Shown here: positions 29,596-60,584 of the stretch, piece after piece
How positions within the stretch are numbered: the first letter of the stretch is position 1
Layout of the letters: the number at the start of each line of letters is the position of its first letter
Origin: Octopus vulgaris
Lineage: Eukaryota
Assembly (NCBI GenBank): GCA_951406725.2
Contig: OX597841.1
Coordinates: 620,001-684,000, forward strand
DNA: 64,000 nucleotides
Reading direction: 5' to 3'
Notes under the pieces: model-generated
Told to the model about the DNA's origin: nothing
What the model saw: only the letters and a program-made list of their open reading frames with translations
Databases searched by the model: none
Program-made: the position numbers and the translations under genes

Positions 29596-30059
29596 GAGAT
29601 GCAGAAAGTGTGCATAAGAAAACGAAATAGAAATAAATTACAAATTAGAATAGAAAAATTCAAATAAATTAGGGTTATTAGTAATAACGCAGGTCCTGGG
29701 TATGATTTTAAACTGCTTCCAGTAGTGAACCCTGGTTGGGGATTTCTAGGGTTTTAATGAGTTTGGAATCACTCTTTAGCCACTGATGTTCCTCTGTCTA
29801 CTCTCATCCAGAATCGAAGTAATCATCAGGATTCAAATAATGGGTTAATTAGCAATTACGTCGATCATATGGAGCTCATTACCCTAGTGTTCGTGGTGGT
29901 AGTGCGGCAACCCTTCTACATGGGAAAATGTTCGGGTGTGAACAGTGAGGAAATATCGGGGACCAGATCCTCCAAGGCCGTTCGACTTTGTCTAAAACTT
30001 CACAGTTGCAAAACCTGCGACGACGCTGATAAATTGTAACGTTCCTTGCGGTTCCTTTG

Positions 30060-30360
30060 AAGCTATTAATAAGGTTGAAATGAGGGACGCATTACATGGA
30101 CAACAGCTTATCCTCCATATCACACTGCTTAGGCTTAGGCCGTATCGGACACACTGTACTAGTGAGAGAGAACCAGTCAAAGCCCCAGAGAGGAAGGATA
30201 TTTCATTGCAGCCGAGACAGCACAAAGCAGCCTACAAGTGCGGCTTATGTAGCAGAGACTGTCATTTGCCCATTGGATTGTTTAGACACAAACAACGATG
30301 TCCGATAGGGCGGGAAGTGACGGCCTTCATCCATGGCCATTAGTGAGAGACTGAGGTACA
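30060..30360 (+). mobile_element. 3' remnant of an RTE-like LINE
   Basis: Terminal C2H2-type peptide YKCGLCSRDCHLPIGLFRHKQRC followed by stop; no upstream RT visible. Confidence 0.55.
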
Positions 30361-33300
30361 GCGAAAGCGGATACTTTATAACAAAATTATGTACATATAC
30401 CACTTATATGCTTCAGAGCTTATTGGGATTTATGGGAACGAATTTTCCTGAGGGGGTGGAGAGAGGAGTTTGGGAAAATCCTCGGTTGTTTGGTTATAAA
30501 TTAAAATATTGGAAAGCCTGAGATCGAAATTATAGGAAATACCTTAAAACATGAATTTATAAAAAAATTTCCGCACGGTTAAAACTTTAATAATCGCTTT
30601 CTTTTAGTGCTTTTAGTCACTGTTATATACTTAATTAATAAACAGCTTCCCCCATTATAATATAGATACCAGTATTTCTCCACTGAAGTGAAAATGCACC
30701 AAGCTTTTCAATACGTCTTGTTTGATTGCTGTGAAGAAGAAAGTCCTTGAATAGCGACATGCACTTCACTAAACATAATTGCGCTTCACTAAACATACTG
30801 AAAAATACGATTCTATAATCACTAAAGTCGTTCTGATGTTTGTGTTGTTGCTGGAGAACACACTGGATTTTAATCAGCGATAGTTGACAAAACAAAAGAA
30901 ATAATATTGGAGTCGCTGACACGCTCCAACCCGCTGTTGCCCGGTATCCTAAGGGCTAAGTATGGTCATCTGAAATCTGTGCGATACTTGAGGGAAATAT
31001 ACTAATATTAGAATATATTTTGTGCATTAAATTATATCTAAAACTTCTGATTTTAACAATTTGTTTAACTTAGAATCAATTCTTTATAAAACACTGGTCA
31101 ACAAAATGAAGCTTTTTTGAATCATAAGAGTTGTTGATTGATTTTTCTGGGTTAATTTTTGATACTGATTACAAATCCGAAGTCCGATTTCCTCTATCAG
31201 GTCACATTTTCATGTTAATGATACCTTGTTTTAACTTATAGGATACGTGAAGGATGTCTATATATAACGTATACTGAATGCAAGATACGATAATTTCATG
31301 ACTTTGTAATGTACAAAATTAAGATTATTCTGCACAAATAAGTTAGAATACACTCAAATGCATAACAACTTAAAATCTTTGGGATTTAGACTTTCTATGG
31401 TGTTCTGTCTCAGGTTCATTCCTGTACAACATCTAACAGTAGTCAGCTAATATTCCTGCATTCCCAAACCCTTAATATCGTTGTTCCATTGATGCAATAT
31501 CTTGATGAAATCGTTCGCCTTGATCATCAGACACTGCTCCAAGTTTCTCTGCAAAAAAGTCCAGATGTGAATCAACGAAATGGACTTTTAGTGCTGGGAT
31601 GTATACCGTCATAGTTAAGAGCAGAACAGCAACATTGAGCTTCTAACACATAAGAATGTAACGAAATAAAAACTTACCTTTGTTACTGATGAGGCTAACA
31701 ATTATTTTTGGAAACATTAACGACTGTCGACTGTTGTCGGTTCTATCAACTGATGCCACTAAACTAACGATGAATCTGTACAAATGTCTGAATTGTTCAC
31801 TTCACAAATGACTTCAACAATCCTCTAAACTTCACAGCTATGCCAACCGTCCACTTCCGTCACTATTGTTCACTTGAGATCAGTCTAGTGTAAACATTTC
31901 TAACCTGAGTCGAAACTATATTCGATCGATAGCAAGCCTTACTTCATTAAATATACTTAAATGATTCAATATGTTTATTTACATATGTTTTTATACAAAC
32001 ACACATGTATATACATGAACAGGACATGAAGAAGAACAAGAAAGGGGAAATATTCGAAACTATATTCGATCGATAGCAAGCCATACTTCATTAAATATAC
32101 TTCATGGACTTCCGGATTTTTCATCGGGATCTTTACAATATGTAGGTTTGAATATTGCTGTTGGTGGTGGTGGGGCGTTGGTTGTAGTAGTGGAGCGTTT
32201 AATGGGGCCTTGATAGGGATGATGTATGGATATGATTTTTGCAGGGATGGTATTGGTGGTGCTGGTGTTGGTGGTGGTGCTGGTGTTGGTGGTGGTGCTG
32301 GGTAGATACAGTGATTTGTTGTACTGCGGTGATATGACAGTGGTTGTAAGGTGTTGGTTGTGGTGTTTGTGTTTGTGGTGAGATGTTGTAGGAAGGCAGA
32401 AGTAGCGCTGGTTATAGTGGTGGTGATGGTGGTAGTGGTAGTTATGTCAATGTTGCAGGTATTGTTGTGACTGTTGTTATGAGAGTGGCGGTGGTAGTGG
32501 TGGTGATATCAATGTTGAGGTTGTAGTTGGGACATGTTTTAGCTGTATAGGTGATAGTTGGTGATGGTAGCGTGGCTAATCCACTTAGCAAATACGGGAA
32601 GAAAAAGGCAGATCTTGTGACCCCAACCTTTAAAACTCTAGCTGTAACTGCTAGAAACACATAGATAAAATGTTTACTCTGAATATTGATTTACTTGATC
32701 AAGTGAAATTCCTGCTCAAGCATGGTATTGGTGGTGCTGGTGTTGGTGGTGGTGGTGGTGGGTAATGAGCTCCATATGACCGACGTAATTGCTAATTAAC
32801 CCATTATTTGCATCCTGATGATTACTTCGATTCTGGATGAGAGTAGACAGAGGAACATCAGTGGCTAAGGAGTGATTCCAAACTCATAAAAACCCTAGAA
32901 ATCCCCAACCAGGGTTCACTACTGGAAGCAGTTTAAAATCATACCCAGGACCTGCGTTATTACTAATAACCCTAATTTATTTGAATTTTTCTATTCTAAA
33001 TTGTAATTTATTTCTATTCCATTTTCTTATGCACACTTTCTGCATCTCTGTTATGCCGCACGTTCGGGTGCCTTCTACACAACTCTCCTCTGCTCTGTTC
33101 TACTACTACTCTCCGATTGCTACTCAGCTGTACTGCTGACGTCTAGGCTTCTCCCTCTATAATCTACGTATTGGGCTAGCGTACAATCTACATATTGGGC
33201 TAGCGTACAATCTCACACCAACATTTTCAATTTTCTCAATTTATTTTCCTCTTCTCTTTCAGGATTTCTCCCTGTTACTCTCTAACAGTTTCCCATCATC

Positions 33301-33443
33301 ACTCGTACCCTCTTACCCCTTCTTCCTTTATATATTATATTTCTTTCCGCCACATAGCCGAATCTCTCTCTCTCTCTCTCTCATTCTCTTTCATATAATT
33401 TCTTTTCTCTTTCTTTCTCCCTCCAGCAATTATAGAGCCAAGA

Positions 33444-41179
<7,736 letters not shown>

Positions 41180-41696
41180 CCCAGCACATAATATCCCTAG
41201 ATACTATTGTTGTTGTTAACGTCCAACCAATCCAGCTGACCACCACAAGTGATCCATATAGATCAAGCATTACCTGTTAATAAAAGATCCATAAATATAT
41301 TTTATCCAACAGCGGTTTTTGAGTTGTGATTCTCTTTCTCTCTTTGCAGATAGAGAGCTGCTGTTTTTTTTTGTTGCTCCAGTTCCCTCTAACCATATGT
41401 ATGTATGTATGTATGTATATATTATATGTAGAAAAATACAAACTGGGACAAGAACGTAAAACATTTAGAAGACGATACAAAAAACACGGACGAGACATTC
41501 GAAGCCTTCAATCTTCAGTCAAGAACCGGATCATCCTAGCAATTTCGGTTGATTAATCTTGAGATCGCTCCGATCCGGCCAGCCCCAAGGAAAAACTAAG
41601 CTACGAGCATTAGATTTCTTGAAAAAAGGATCGAATGTATACGAAACAGGGACAGAAAAACGGACGATGCCACACGAATGTAAAATACAAAAAAAA

Positions 41697-41779
41697 TGTT
41701 ACTCTGAGTTTCACGTTCCCGTTCGTTGGACAGTTTTTGCTAGAATCCGACGAACGGGAACGTGAAACTCAGAGTAACA
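41697..41779. repeat. 34-bp hairpin made of an inverted duplication of a hammerhead-like motif
   Basis: Arms 41697-41730 and 41746-41779 pair with one G-U; 15-nt loop. Confidence 0.8.
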
Positions 41780-41893
41780 GGTTTTGTTGAATTTTCTGCT
41801 GCTTTTAAATAAAGCATATTACTCTAACCCTGGTATTTGAGTACTCTTTTCTCCACCTTGTTTCACATTTATGTGTTTACTCCGGTATATATA

Positions 41894-41965
<72 letters not shown>

Positions 41966-42290
41966 ACTCATGAATACTTACATATGCGCACGTGTTATAT
42001 ACGTACATATATGTGCACGTATATACCAGGCTAATACATTTGCCCATCTCACATCATCTGCTACATGGTCAAAATATCATCGCAGTAATATGACATGGAG
42101 CGAATGTATAATTTTATATATAAAAAGGATAAGAACATTATTTATAATGGCCTCAATGTAAAATTCCGTATCGGTTAATAACTATTATAGGTGTATAATA
42201 ATATAAATATATTTAGAAGTAATGGTACCAAAGAAGCACCACCACGCCAGAAATATATATATGTATATAGATACATATGTAAATATATGC

Positions 42291-42342
<52 letters not shown>

Positions 42343-42346
<4 letters not shown>

Positions 42347-43071
42347 CGTTATATAATTAGGGTTCAGTAAAAGAATTTACTTTACCACACAACGAACTTT
42401 TAGAAATAGCAGCCAAAAAATTACTTGAGAACGCCGTTTCTAGATTAGTTAGATATAGAGGTGCTAGAAATGCATATTCCTATCAACATATCCGTCATCA
42501 GCCCAAGATTTCGTTGGGTTTAAATTTGAGAGCACTAAAAATCGAACATACCCGTCTGGTATGAGTAATCCCAAACAAACAATCTTCGACCGCCAGTACT
42601 AACGAATTCAAAAAGTACGAATGAGGCTTTGTATCTTCCCTCGTCCACCCACCTGAGTTATAGAGCAACAGGTACCTACAGAGGGATCTGTAGTTTATTA
42701 TCAGGGAGAGAGAATTATATTGTCAATAATGAAAGGATAAAATTAATTAATTAGTAATTAATAATTTCACCAAGTAGTGTTCAGTACGTAAAAAGACCAT
42801 TTACGGTATATTTAAAACATTACGTTATATAATTAGGGTTCAGTAAAACAAATTACTTTACCACACACCGAACTTTTAGAAATAACAACCAAAAAATTTT
42901 AGCTATTTCCTCTACGATAAGAAAAGTCTCCCAAACAATGTATACTCAAAAATAATCCACGTAGGTATAGAGGGAAAAATAACGAAAGATCACACGTACG
43001 TCGGTTACTTGAGAACGCCGTTTCCGGATTAGTTAGATATAAAGATACTAGAAATGCATACTCCTATCAAC

Positions 43072-43125
<54 letters not shown>

Positions 43126-43202
43126 TTTATTATATAGAAGGAGCTTCTACAGGACTAGAACTGTTTCATTTACTGTGGTTAACCCCGAATCAACCCGGGA
43201 CC

Positions 43203-43261
<59 letters not shown>

Positions 43262-43373
43262 TTATACTTTATAATTAGGGTTCAGCAAAGATTTGCTTTA
43301 CCACTCACCGAAGTTTAGAAATAGCAGCCAAAGAACCTTAGCTATTTCCTCTACTTTAAAAAGAGACTCCCGG

Positions 43374-43412
<39 letters not shown>

Positions 43413-44285
43413 TACATTTATCTACCTAACAGTCCACTAACTATTCTACTCTACCTGTGTAAACTGTGGGTATGGAGGTATGGTATTTACTATGTATATT
43501 TCCTATTTAGTATTGGGGAGGTTTCATTTATAAGGACGTACTCCCGTCTGAGTGTTGGGTCTTTTGGGTGCTTGGATAAGATGCGGATGTCAAGTTGACC
43601 CAAGTTGCCTCCATGGTGGTCTTTGGCATGTTGGTAGCGTATGGAAGACTATTTTCAGTCGTCACATTGTCTTATATGTTCATTTATTCGTTCCGCAATG
43701 CTCCTAGACGTCTCCCCTTTGTACGTCATGTTCACGTCCTCACAAGCACCTTCTACGCATCTTATGCTGTAAACTACATTTCGAGTTCTACAGTTAAGGC
43801 CAGGGCTAATGTTGTAAATCCATTTTTTAGGAATAATGGTATACATGCAATATTCCAATATCCTATGAGTAAATTCCAAAAGTCCAACAGAGTTTAAAAT
43901 GAGTCCTTCCAAATATAGAGTTTATAAGCAATGTAAGAATCCCTTATTAGTGAGTTCCAGCAGATTTTTAAACTTGGTCATTCCCAGAAGAGAAATTACG
44001 TACAGTGTTGCAGAGTCAAAGGTTTTTATTTAAAGTGACCTAAAAATAGGGAGTTTATTAGTAAGGTCAAATCGTAAACAGGCCTCTGCGTTAAAGATTA
44101 TAACGGCCGTGTTTTATCACTTATTTTCTCCGAACTGGGAATATACATTAATTATGTTCCATAGATGAGTCTAGACTCTTAAAATCTTTCACTCAGTTAC
44201 GTGGAGAAGAGAGGTAACTCTGCGAAGTAAATGTCAAACATTGATTGCCTCCCTTACATCCATTGGTCATAAAAAAATATTGCTT
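42343..44285 (-). mobile_element. Second, decayed Penelope-like element: GIY-YIG remnant plus repeated pLTR pieces
   Basis: NCRTRNVVYSIRC...YKGETSRSIAERINEH at 43655-43912; repeat units at 42343-42490, 42819-43072 and 43271-43355, with (TA)n tracts around them. Confidence 0.75.
42424..42507 (-). ncRNA. Type-I hammerhead ribozyme, canonical core, long stem II
   Basis: CTTGGG-CTGATGA-CGGAT...ATCTA-GAAA-CGGC-GTT-CTCAAG; the partial second copy (43008-43030) has the fully pairing ATCCG. Confidence 0.75.
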
Positions 44286-44289
44286 TTTA

Positions 44290-45285
44290 TTGGGTCGTCC
44301 GGAAAGTTCGTGCCGATTTTTAAGGGAAAAATGTTCAATAAATACTTGCCATTACCGCAAAATATGAACCATTTTGTTGCACAATGCGTCTCCACCTTTC
44401 CTTTAACTTGCAAATACCCTCTTCCCAGAATTGAGGTGGTTTCATGGCAAAGAATTCATCAAGGTATCTATTTACGTCATCCAAGGATTGAAATTTTTAC
44501 CATTAAGACTATTCTCCAGAGACCTGAATAAGTGGCAATCCGAAGGAGCAATATCTGGTGAATATGGAGGGTGGGGTAACAGATCCCAGCCGAGCTGCAG
44601 CAATTTTTGTCTGGTTCCTGAAGAAACGTACGGTCTTGCATTATCATTTTGGAAAACAACACCCTTCCTGTTGGTCAATTCTGGACGTTTCTCTTGAATT
44701 ACTGCTTTTAACTCGTCCAGTTGTGTGCAGTATTTCTCAGAGTTAATTGTCTGGTTACTTGGGAGAAGCTCATAGCACAGAAATCCTTTCCAATCCCACC
44801 AGACACAAAGCAAGACTTTTTTAAGGCGAAGACCCACTTTTGGGTTGGTTAAGGGTGGCTCATGTCGCTTACACCAGTATCGCTTTTTCTGAACATTTCG
44901 GTAGATAATCCATTTCTCATCATCTGTCACAATTTGCTTTAAAAAAAGGCGCGTTTTCATTCCGTTTATAAAGCGAATCACAGATAGGAATGCGATCGAA
45001 AAGGTTCTTCTCACTCAACTCATGTGGTTCCCAAACATCGTAGCGATTTGTGTACCCAAGCTTTACCAGGTGCTCATGAATGACGGATTTTGATAGGTTG
45101 GGGCCTTCTGCCAATTCTCGGGTTGTGCAATGTGGGTTATTCTCAGTTAATGACTTGATTTAGTCATCATCTGTAGTGGATGGTCTACCTGATCGCTCTT
45201 TATCAATTAGGCTAAAATCTCCAGCTTGGAACCTTGCTAACCACTTCCGTACAGTTCTTTCAGATAAAGAAACATCACCGTTAAC
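44290..45285 (-). mobile_element. Mariner (DD34D) transposase pseudogene with one TIR
   Basis: IVTDDEKW, QNDNARP, HPPYSPDIAPSD with D-34-D spacing; stop and frameshifts; TA|TTGGGTCGTCCGGAAAG end at 44290. Confidence 0.92.
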
Positions 45286-46788
45286 TACGTTAACGCCTAT
45301 TTTCTCTTTTCCTACCCTTCTTATCTATACGAGGTGTACCAAAACCCTCCAATCATTGGCCGGAAAGGTCCACCACTATACGACTGCTGCCAGCACACGA
45401 CTTGATCTCACCGCAGACCCCGTAAGAAAGAGGCCGTCTTCAACCTGCTGCTTCTTGACATGACGTCATTTCCTTCCCCTTACGGTCCCTTTCAACGTCA
45501 GTCCCTCTCCCCTCGGTCACTCATCCTTCATCCAAACATGAACAAGGAAATAGAACTGAAAACAAGTGTGTATATTAATTCATTTTTATTTAATCACAAG
45601 AAGTTACAACGTGACTCCAGTGAGGAGAGTTTCGTTCATTGTCACCTATCTTATCAAGCAGGTTTCAAATTGTGTCTGGGTGTGTGGGGTGTTTATATTC
45701 ACATAGATACAGATTGAAATGATTAATACAGTTATCACCGGATTGTTCTACAAGAAATTAGAAACAACAGACTTACAGGATCACGTCGATTATCAATATT
45801 AATTGTTTTCAAATTCTTTGCCCGTTGAGCAATTCAATAATTGAATAAAAAAAAAAAAAATAGGGTAAAATAAATTATGTAAAGAAAAAAGTTAAAGAAT
45901 ATATGAATATATAAGCATACACATAAGCAGGAGTACCATAAACAGGAGTACCACAAACAGGAATACCCCGAACACGGTGTCACAGAGTTAACTTCCTAGT
46001 TCATTGAAATCGAATAATTTCTTTTAAAAAATAGCTGAATAATTTTTTATGATTATTATTAATTATGATACCAAATCAAACAGAATTTATAAACCTGACG
46101 TCAAAACTATATTGCAAATATAGAACGTGCTCCGTCTGAATCTTTGTAAGTTTCAAATCTGTCCTTAGCGTTACGAAACAGAAATTGAAGCCTTGTAGGA
46201 AATACCTCCTGCACTGCTAACTGAAAGCGTTCTTTAAGTCCAGCCAAACTATTGCTCCATTCTGGGGGTGGAGGCAGAGAAAATGAATTGAACAAAATTG
46301 AAAACAATGCTATCGTTGACAGAAAAGCGGGATCCAACAGGAATGTAAAAGTTATTTTATAAAATGAGAAAAATTATAAAATTATAGATAAAATTAAAAA
46401 TTTATATGTTTTTGGCAGATATTAAACATGATAAACGTAAATAAAAGTGAGTTTCCTAAAGAATTTTCCGATTTCATTGAAAATAATTAATTCTGGTCAC
46501 CCTGTATGTGTGCACATGCATACACACACACATATATAATAAGCATACATTGATATGCTCATACACACATGCATAGTTACATGCGTGGTTGTGTGGTTAA
46601 GAAGTTAGCTTCGGAACCATGTGCTTTCGGGTTCAATCGTACTGTTCAATCGTACTGTGCAGCACCTTAGACAAGTGTCTTCTACTTATAGTCCCGGGTT
46701 TTACTATGCAACTAATTATTTGTGAGTGAATTTGGTTGACAGAAGCCGTGTGGTCACGTTGTATAAAGAAGATCTTTTGATTGGTTAG

Positions 46789-56070
<9,282 letters not shown>

Positions 56071-56660
56071 CACTTCTTGATGAATGAAGGAAAACTGCGA
56101 TATTCTGGTTCAGCGGAAGGAGTTAGAAGGGGGAAAGAAATGGCATGAAATAGAGAGAGAGAGAGAGAGAGAGATAGGAGAGAGATTTGAAAAGAAACAG
56201 AAGGGAGTTTAATATGTAAGGGAAAAATGCGTCAGAGGGTATTTCTGAAGATGAGGAAATATTAGAGATTAAGAGGGAGAAATCCTGGAAGAGAGAAAAT
56301 CCTGAAATGACAAGATGGAGAACGTTTGCGTGTGAGAGGAAGGGTGTTTGCAAAAAAAGAGAAACGGATTTGAAATAAGTTATAATTTAGGATAGTCTGT
56401 CTGTCTGTCTGTCTCTCTCCCTAGGTATGTGTTTGTGTATGTGCTTGCATGCATGTGTGACCCTCTGGATCTCTCGGCATACCAGCAAACCACAAAATCC
56501 CCCCAGCCGGCATCACCACTGCCACCAAGCTCATCATGTATATGTAGGTATGCATGTATGTATGTATGTATGTATGTATGTATGTATGTATGTATGTATG
56601 CATGTATGTATGTACGTATGTATGCATGTATGCAGGCATGTATGTCTGTATGCATGTATG

Positions 56661-56694
<34 letters not shown>

Positions 56695-56707
56695 TGTATG
56701 TATGTGA

Positions 56708-57048
56708 AGGCGCATGGCTCAGTGGTTAGAGCGTCGAGCTTACGATCGTGAGGTTGTAAGCTCGAATCCCGGACCGGGCTGCGTGTTGTGTTCTTGAGCA
56801 AAGCACTTTATTTTCACGTTGCTCCAGTTCACTCAGCTGTAGAAATGAGTTGCGACGTCAAAGGTGCCAAGCTGTATCGGCCCCTTTGCCTTTCCCTTGG
56901 ATAACACTGGTGGCGTGGAGAGGGGAGGCTGGTATGCATGGGCGACTGCTGGTCTTCCATAAACAAGCTTGCCCGGACTTGTGTCTAGAAGGGTAATTTT
57001 CTAGGTGCAATCCCATGGTCATTCATGACCGAAGGGGGTCTTTACCCT
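56708..57048 (+). mobile_element. tRNA-derived SINE, third family
   Basis: GGCGCATGGCTCAGTGGTTAGAGC...CTCGAATCCC head; body ends in (TATG)n. Confidence 0.75.
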
Positions 57049-57176
57049 ATGTATGTATGCATGTATGCAGGCATGTATGTATGTATGTATGTATGCATGT
57101 ATGTATGTATGTATGTATGTATGTATGTATGTATGTATGTATATATGCATGTTTGTATGTATATATTATGTATGTA

Positions 57177-57227
<51 letters not shown>

Positions 57228-58298
57228 ATGTGTGTGTTTGTCCCACCACCAACATTGCTTCACACCGATGTTGGTGTGTTTGTGTCTCTGTTATTTGGAT
57301 GTTCAGCAGAAGAGACTGATAGAATAAACACCAGGCTTACAGGGAATAAGTCCAAGGGTAAACTTCTTCGACTAAAGGGTGGTGCTCTAGCATGGCCACT
57401 CTCAATTGACTGAAACAAGTAGAAGAATAAAAGAATACCAGAAAAACGTTCCGTAACACGAAACCAAGAAGGTTCTTTGAATACGTACGATGTATTTTAA
57501 GGTTAAATAGTAATTCCGTTTACGTTTTTGTATCTGAGATATTTTGGTTGGATTATGTAGTCGTTGGTGTTACATTACTTTCTACATTCTGTAATTATCA
57601 CAATATACTTTTCTAGGCTTGAAATTTATGTTGTGAGGGTACCAGTTCATTACATCGATCTCAGTACACAACTGGTACTTAATTTATCGAGCTCCAAAAG
57701 ACGAAAGGCAAATTCGAGCTTGGCAGAATTTGAACTCAGGACGTAAAGACAGACGGCCATAATATATATTTCTTTATTGTCCACAAGGGGCTAAACATAG
57801 AGGGGACAAACAAGGACAGAAAAACGGATTAAGTCGATTACATCGACCCCAGTGCGAGACTGGTACTTTATTTATCGACCCCGAAAGGATGAAAGGCAAA
57901 GTCGACCTCGGCGGAATTTGAACACAGAACGTAACAACAGACGAAATACCGCTAAGCATTTCGCCCGGCGCGCTAACGTGTCTGCCAGCTCGCCGCCTTC
58001 AAAAGACGGCCATAATATACAAACATTTCTCATGGCACCAGGACACTGCTTACAAATGCTTACATTTTTAATGTTTTCCGTGAACTTTTCACGGGCCCAG
58101 CTTGTCTAAATTATTACGCTTAGCATTAACATACAAGCAAAAATATGGATGACTTTATTATGTTCAGTAAACCAAATCATCTTTACTAATTGTATTCCTT
58201 ACTTAAAATATCGTATATTATTATAAGCTAACATTTCTAAATTCCATTATATAAAATAAAATTTAGAAATGTTAAATTACTACCATAGTTAAAGTAAG

Positions 58299-58895
58299 GG
58301 ATCTTTAGCTTTTGACCAACAGATTTAAAAAATAATTGTTTGTAACCAAACACTTTCAATAGACGTATTTCGGTAATTTCAACCAATCAATGACGTGCAT
58401 TCAACTGAATAAAATTACTGCCGTTGATGGTCAACAACAACTATTGGCGGTGTATTTTTCGTTTGTCACTGTTATTTATGACATCGTTCGTGAGTTTGTA
58501 TTGGTTTTAGCTTTAAGGTTTTAGGGTTAGAGTTAGGGTTTTAGGGTTAGGTTTAGGGTTAGGGTTAGGGTTTTAGGGTTAGCGTTAGGGTTTTAGGTTT
58601 AGGGTTAAGGCTAAAGCTTTAGGGTTAGGGTTGTCATGAATAACAGTTACAAACGAAAGATCCACCACCGGAAGTTCTTGTTGTCAAACAACAGCAGTAA
58701 TTTTATTCAGCTGAATACACGTCATTGATTGGTTGAAATTTAAAGAGCAATAGCTTCGTAAATATAAGTTTTTTTCTCAAAAATGCTAAGAGTAAAAGAT
58801 GTTTTATATGACACATTCTACCAGTGTCCGAAGTTTGAAAGTGTTTAGTTACAAAAAAATATTTTTTAAATCTGTAGGTCCAAAGGTAAAGATCC
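58299..58895. mobile_element. Merlin-like MITE with long imperfect TIRs, 8-bp TSD and an internal degenerate (TTAGGG)n
   Basis: AAAGTAAG|GGATCTTTA...TAAAGATCC|AAAGTAAG; inner arms 58376-58482 / 58632-58739; telomere-like array ~58505-58632. Confidence 0.75.
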
Positions 58896-59841
58896 AAAGT
58901 AAGAGATATAGTTAGTAAAGAAGATTTGGTTTACTGAACATAATAACGTTATGTATATTTTTGTTTGTATATTTATTGCTAAGCGTAATCATTTATGAGG
59001 CTTGTATGAACAGTTTTGCACCTTCAAGGCGTTTGAAGTCTTGTACGTTCATCAGAAGTCTTGTACCATGTTATTTTCTAGTCTCAAGACTTTTCATACA
59101 CCCCTCGTAGATTAGTCGTTTTCCTTGAAGTTTATTCTAGCTATCTACTGCACACATGCAAATTTTATTTAACGTTCCTAAAAGTGAAAATGCTCTTAAC
59201 GGTTTATAGATATTTGCGTTATGAATATTTATCTACATGACAATTTCAAATGGTGGAACTAGGAACTTTCTCTTAAATTCTCCGATACAGCCGTTTTACT
59301 AAATAGATTGTATTGATTAATTTATGGATTTTATAGATATAAACATAAAGAAATAACTAAATAATCATCCATTTTCCGTTGTTAACTCTGTTTAATATTC
59401 TCTGGGCGTATATTAATACATCATATTAAGACAAAACTATTTGTTGGAAATGCCATATGTTCTACGGCATTCACCTGAGACTTACTATATATCTACTTGG
59501 ACTTAACTCCCGACTTTGATAATCTGTATCTATAAAAAGCATGATGTGTGTGTGCGTGTGTGTGTGTGTGTGTACGTGATTGTAGTTTATGCACGTCCAC
59601 AAATTAGCACGCATGTCGCTCCAATTTTAGGAGAACATTCGTCAACATCCTACCTAGGTTTTGTCAGCTTATTTTTTTCCCGAGGCACCCGCGGATACCG
59701 GTAAAAATCTATTTTCAGCCATAGCTTTTACCAATTTTACATGAGCTAAGTCCCTTCTAGCTATAGCCAAGCGAAAGTGTGTTTGTAAGGGAGAGAGAGA
59801 AGTTGTGTGTTGATGTATGTGTGTGTGTGTGCGTGTGGGAG

Positions 59842-59888
<47 letters not shown>

Positions 59889-59945
59889 CAAATACCAGAG
59901 GTAAAGTAATATGCTTTTGTTGAATTTCTGCTGCTTTTAAATAAA

Positions 59946-59982
<37 letters not shown>

Positions 59983-60254
59983 TATATCAATATATATATA
60001 TATAATATACACACGATGGGTTTTCCCACAGTTTCCGCATATCAAATTCACTCACAAGACACTGGTGGCCCCCACTCCGCGATGCTATATTAGATGATGC
60101 ATGCCAGGCAGTGGGAGGGAACCTGGAACCAAGTGATTACTAAGAAATTGAGTTTCTTAACCACGCAGTCATCCCAAAGACTAACAGGTTTCGCATGTCG
60201 AGAATCGAACGTGAATCGACATGGTGAAAGAGAGGAATCTTATATGCGTACGTG

Positions 60255-60543
60255 CATATGTATGTGTGTATGCGTGTGTTTGTGTGTGTGTGTGTGTATG
60301 TGTGTGCTTGTGTGTGCGTGTTTGTGTGTGTATGTATGTTTGTGTGCGTGTGTGTGTGTGTGCTTGTGTGTGTTTGTGTTTGTGTGTTTGTGTGTGTGTG
60401 TGTGCGTGCGTGTGTTCGTGTGTGTGCGTGTGTGTGTGCGTGTGTGTATCTGCGTGTGTGTGTGCTTGTGTGTGTTTGTGTTTGTGTGTGTGTGTGCGTG
60501 TGTTCGTGTGTGTGTGCGTGCGTGCGTGCGTGGGTGTATCTGC

Positions 60544-60584
<41 letters not shown>

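Noticed and set aside
56708-56780. tRNA-like sequences (also 61893-61960)
   Set aside because: No intact acceptor stem or cloverleaf; they run into SINE bodies or repeats.
58505-58632. True telomere or chromosome fusion site
   Set aside because: Short, degenerate, single orientation, and enclosed by TIRs with a TSD.
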